From NCBI GenBank assembly GCA_964622215.1, contig CAZUNT010000009.1, positions 2,081 through 66,080 on the forward strand: 64,000 bases of DNA. Direction: 5' to 3'. Below the pieces are notes generated by a model that was not told where the DNA came from, did not search any database, and was given only the letters and a program-made list of their open reading frames with translations. Shown here in pieces: positions 63,016-64,000 of the stretch. Made by a program: the position numbers and the translations under genes. Source of the DNA: an uncultured Caldilineaceae bacterium (lineage in GTDB: Bacteria > Chloroflexota > Anaerolineae > 4572-78 > J111). Every line of letters starts with the position of its first letter. Position 1 is the first letter of the stretch.

Positions 63016-64000
63016 GTGTATACCAAGAAATTTGCCTGGCTCATGCTGAGTATTTTATTGGTCGCCTTTCTGGCCGCCTGGGGCCAACTTCCGGCGGTTG
63101 AGAGGGTAGAAACGGTTAACGTCGCCACCACCCCAACCACCGAACCGGAGGCTGTGACTGAAGAACCCGAATTTACGGGAGTTTTTACCCCGGCGATAAA
63201 AATTATTGCCGTGCAGCATGCCGAGTGTGCCTGGGATTCGTTCTGGTGCACGGTGCAGGCCGGTATTGAACAGGGTGCCAAAGACAATAATGTCGAGGTC
63301 ACTATTCTGGCCCCGGATGCCTTTGATCTGGACAAAACGGCTTCCTTGATCGAGCAGGCCGTGGCGGCCAAGCCGGATGCCATCATGCTCACTGTTACCG
63401 ACCCGGTCCTGTTCGAAGAGCCGATCATGAAGGCCATTGACGCCGGTATCCCGGTGATTGCCTACAACGCCGGCGCCGGCCCCATTGAAGATAACATCCC
63501 TTACTACACCTACTTGGGTCAAGATGAGTACCAGGGCGGTTACCAGGCCGGTCTGCGGATGGCGGTCGACGGGGGGAAAGGGGCGGTCTGCATTAACCAG
63601 CAGGTGGGTCACGCCGGGCTGGATAAGCGCTGCCAGGGTTTTATCGATGCTATGACCGAGAAGGACATCCCGGCCGAAGTGCTGGCCATTGGCGACGACC
63701 CGGCCGAATCCACGACCATCATTGGCGACTACTACGCCGCCAACCCTGATACAGACCTCTTCCTGACGCTGGGACCGAACGGAGCCAATCCCTTCTATGC
63801 CTTTGTCGAAAATGAAGGCCTGGCTGCCGGTGACTTCAAGCACGGCACCTTTGACCTGAGTGATGAAATCAAGGCCAACATTACCGACGGAGTGACCATG
63901 TTTGGCATTGACCAGCAGCCTTTCCTGCAAGGCTATGGCGGGGTGTCTATCCTGTCCTTAATTGTACGCACCGGTATCCTGCCGGCGCTGCCCGTAACCG
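63016..64000 (+). CDS. Sugar ABC transporter periplasmic binding protein (RbsB/PBP type I), 3' end beyond the window
   Basis: Absent from the ORF track (no stop in the window). GTG at 63016 behind AGGAGG. My translation is VYTKKFAWLMLSILLVAFLAA...IKIIAVQHAECAWDSFW...IPVIAYNAG...FGIDQQPFLQGY. Confidence 0.8.
   Translation, partial: MYTKKFAWLMLSILLVAFLAAWGQLPAVERVETVNVATTPTTEPEAVTEEPEFTGVFTPAIKIIAVQHAECAWDSFWCTVQAGIEQGAKDNNVEVTILAPDAFDLDKTASLIEQAVAAKPDAIMLTVTDPVLFEEPIMKAIDAGIPVIAYNAGAGPIEDNIPYYTYLGQDEYQGGYQAGLRMAVDGGKGAVCINQQVGHAGLDKRCQGFIDAMTEKDIPAEVLAIGDDPAESTTIIGDYYAANPDTDLFLTLGPNGANPFYAFVENEGLAAGDFKHGTFDLSDEIKANITDGVTMFGIDQQPFLQGYGGVSILSLIVRTGILPALPVT

Noticed and set aside
63055-63930. 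A 291-aa ORF on the - strand (and 62988-63437) at the right end of the window.
   Set aside because: The + strand carries an open frame from the GTG at 63016 (AGGAGG SD, signal peptide, RbsB-like motifs). That frame is missing from the track only because it has no stop in the window, so the - strand ORFs are shadows.

Overview
A GC-rich (roughly 60%) bacterial chromosomal segment with two large functional blocks and many small repeats. I cannot assign taxonomy. The heptamer repeats and the NRPS content suggest a filamentous Chloroflexota- or cyanobacteria-like genome, but that is a guess.

Block 1 (about 4.0-30.9 kb, + strand) is a tetrahydromethanopterin (H4MPT) / methanofuran (MFR) C1 module:
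- An unplaceable 513-aa protein sits at the head of the block.
- The C1 enzymes are an MtdA-type methylene-H4MPT dehydrogenase, FwdD, FwdB, FwdA, Ftr, FwdC and Mch.
- The cofactor biosynthesis genes are MptN-like and CitG-like genes, an HPPK-MptA fusion, the Orf21/Orf20-type genes, MfnB, PCD, a DHPS-like gene, DUF447 and MptG.
- Two AT-richer accessory islands (about 10.3-13.65 kb and 21.3-23.5 kb) interrupt the block.

Block 2 (about 30.9-60.8 kb, all on the - strand, mostly tightly spaced or overlapping) is centred on a three-gene NRPS:
- The NRPS architecture is F-(truncated C)-A-T, then dock-C-A-T-E, then C-A-T-R, with MbtH and an Sfp-type PPTase.
- By-eye specificity codes suggest formyl-Ala / D-Gln / Ala with reductive release.
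- Signalling genes are embedded around it: a tandem-cyclase STAND protein, a membrane-HEAT-cNMP-binding protein translationally coupled to NRPS1, a CHASE3-HAMP-GAF protein, a family-5 SBP, two paralogous MinD/ParA-like ATPases, a wHTH protein and a B-box-like Zn-ribbon protein.
- PMM/PGM and GlmU-N-like genes lie at the downstream end.

The right end (61.4-64 kb) carries a truncated Gfo/Idh/MocA pseudogene and sugar ABC transporter genes.

Intergenic spacers, and even NRPS coding loops, are colonised by heptanucleotide tandem-repeat palindromes (STRR-like) and by several MITE-like families. Three of these show clean 8-bp target-site duplications. I recognised no rRNA, tRNA, CRISPR array, transposase or integrase gene. 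All family assignments come from motif recognition by eye and were not confirmed by any search.
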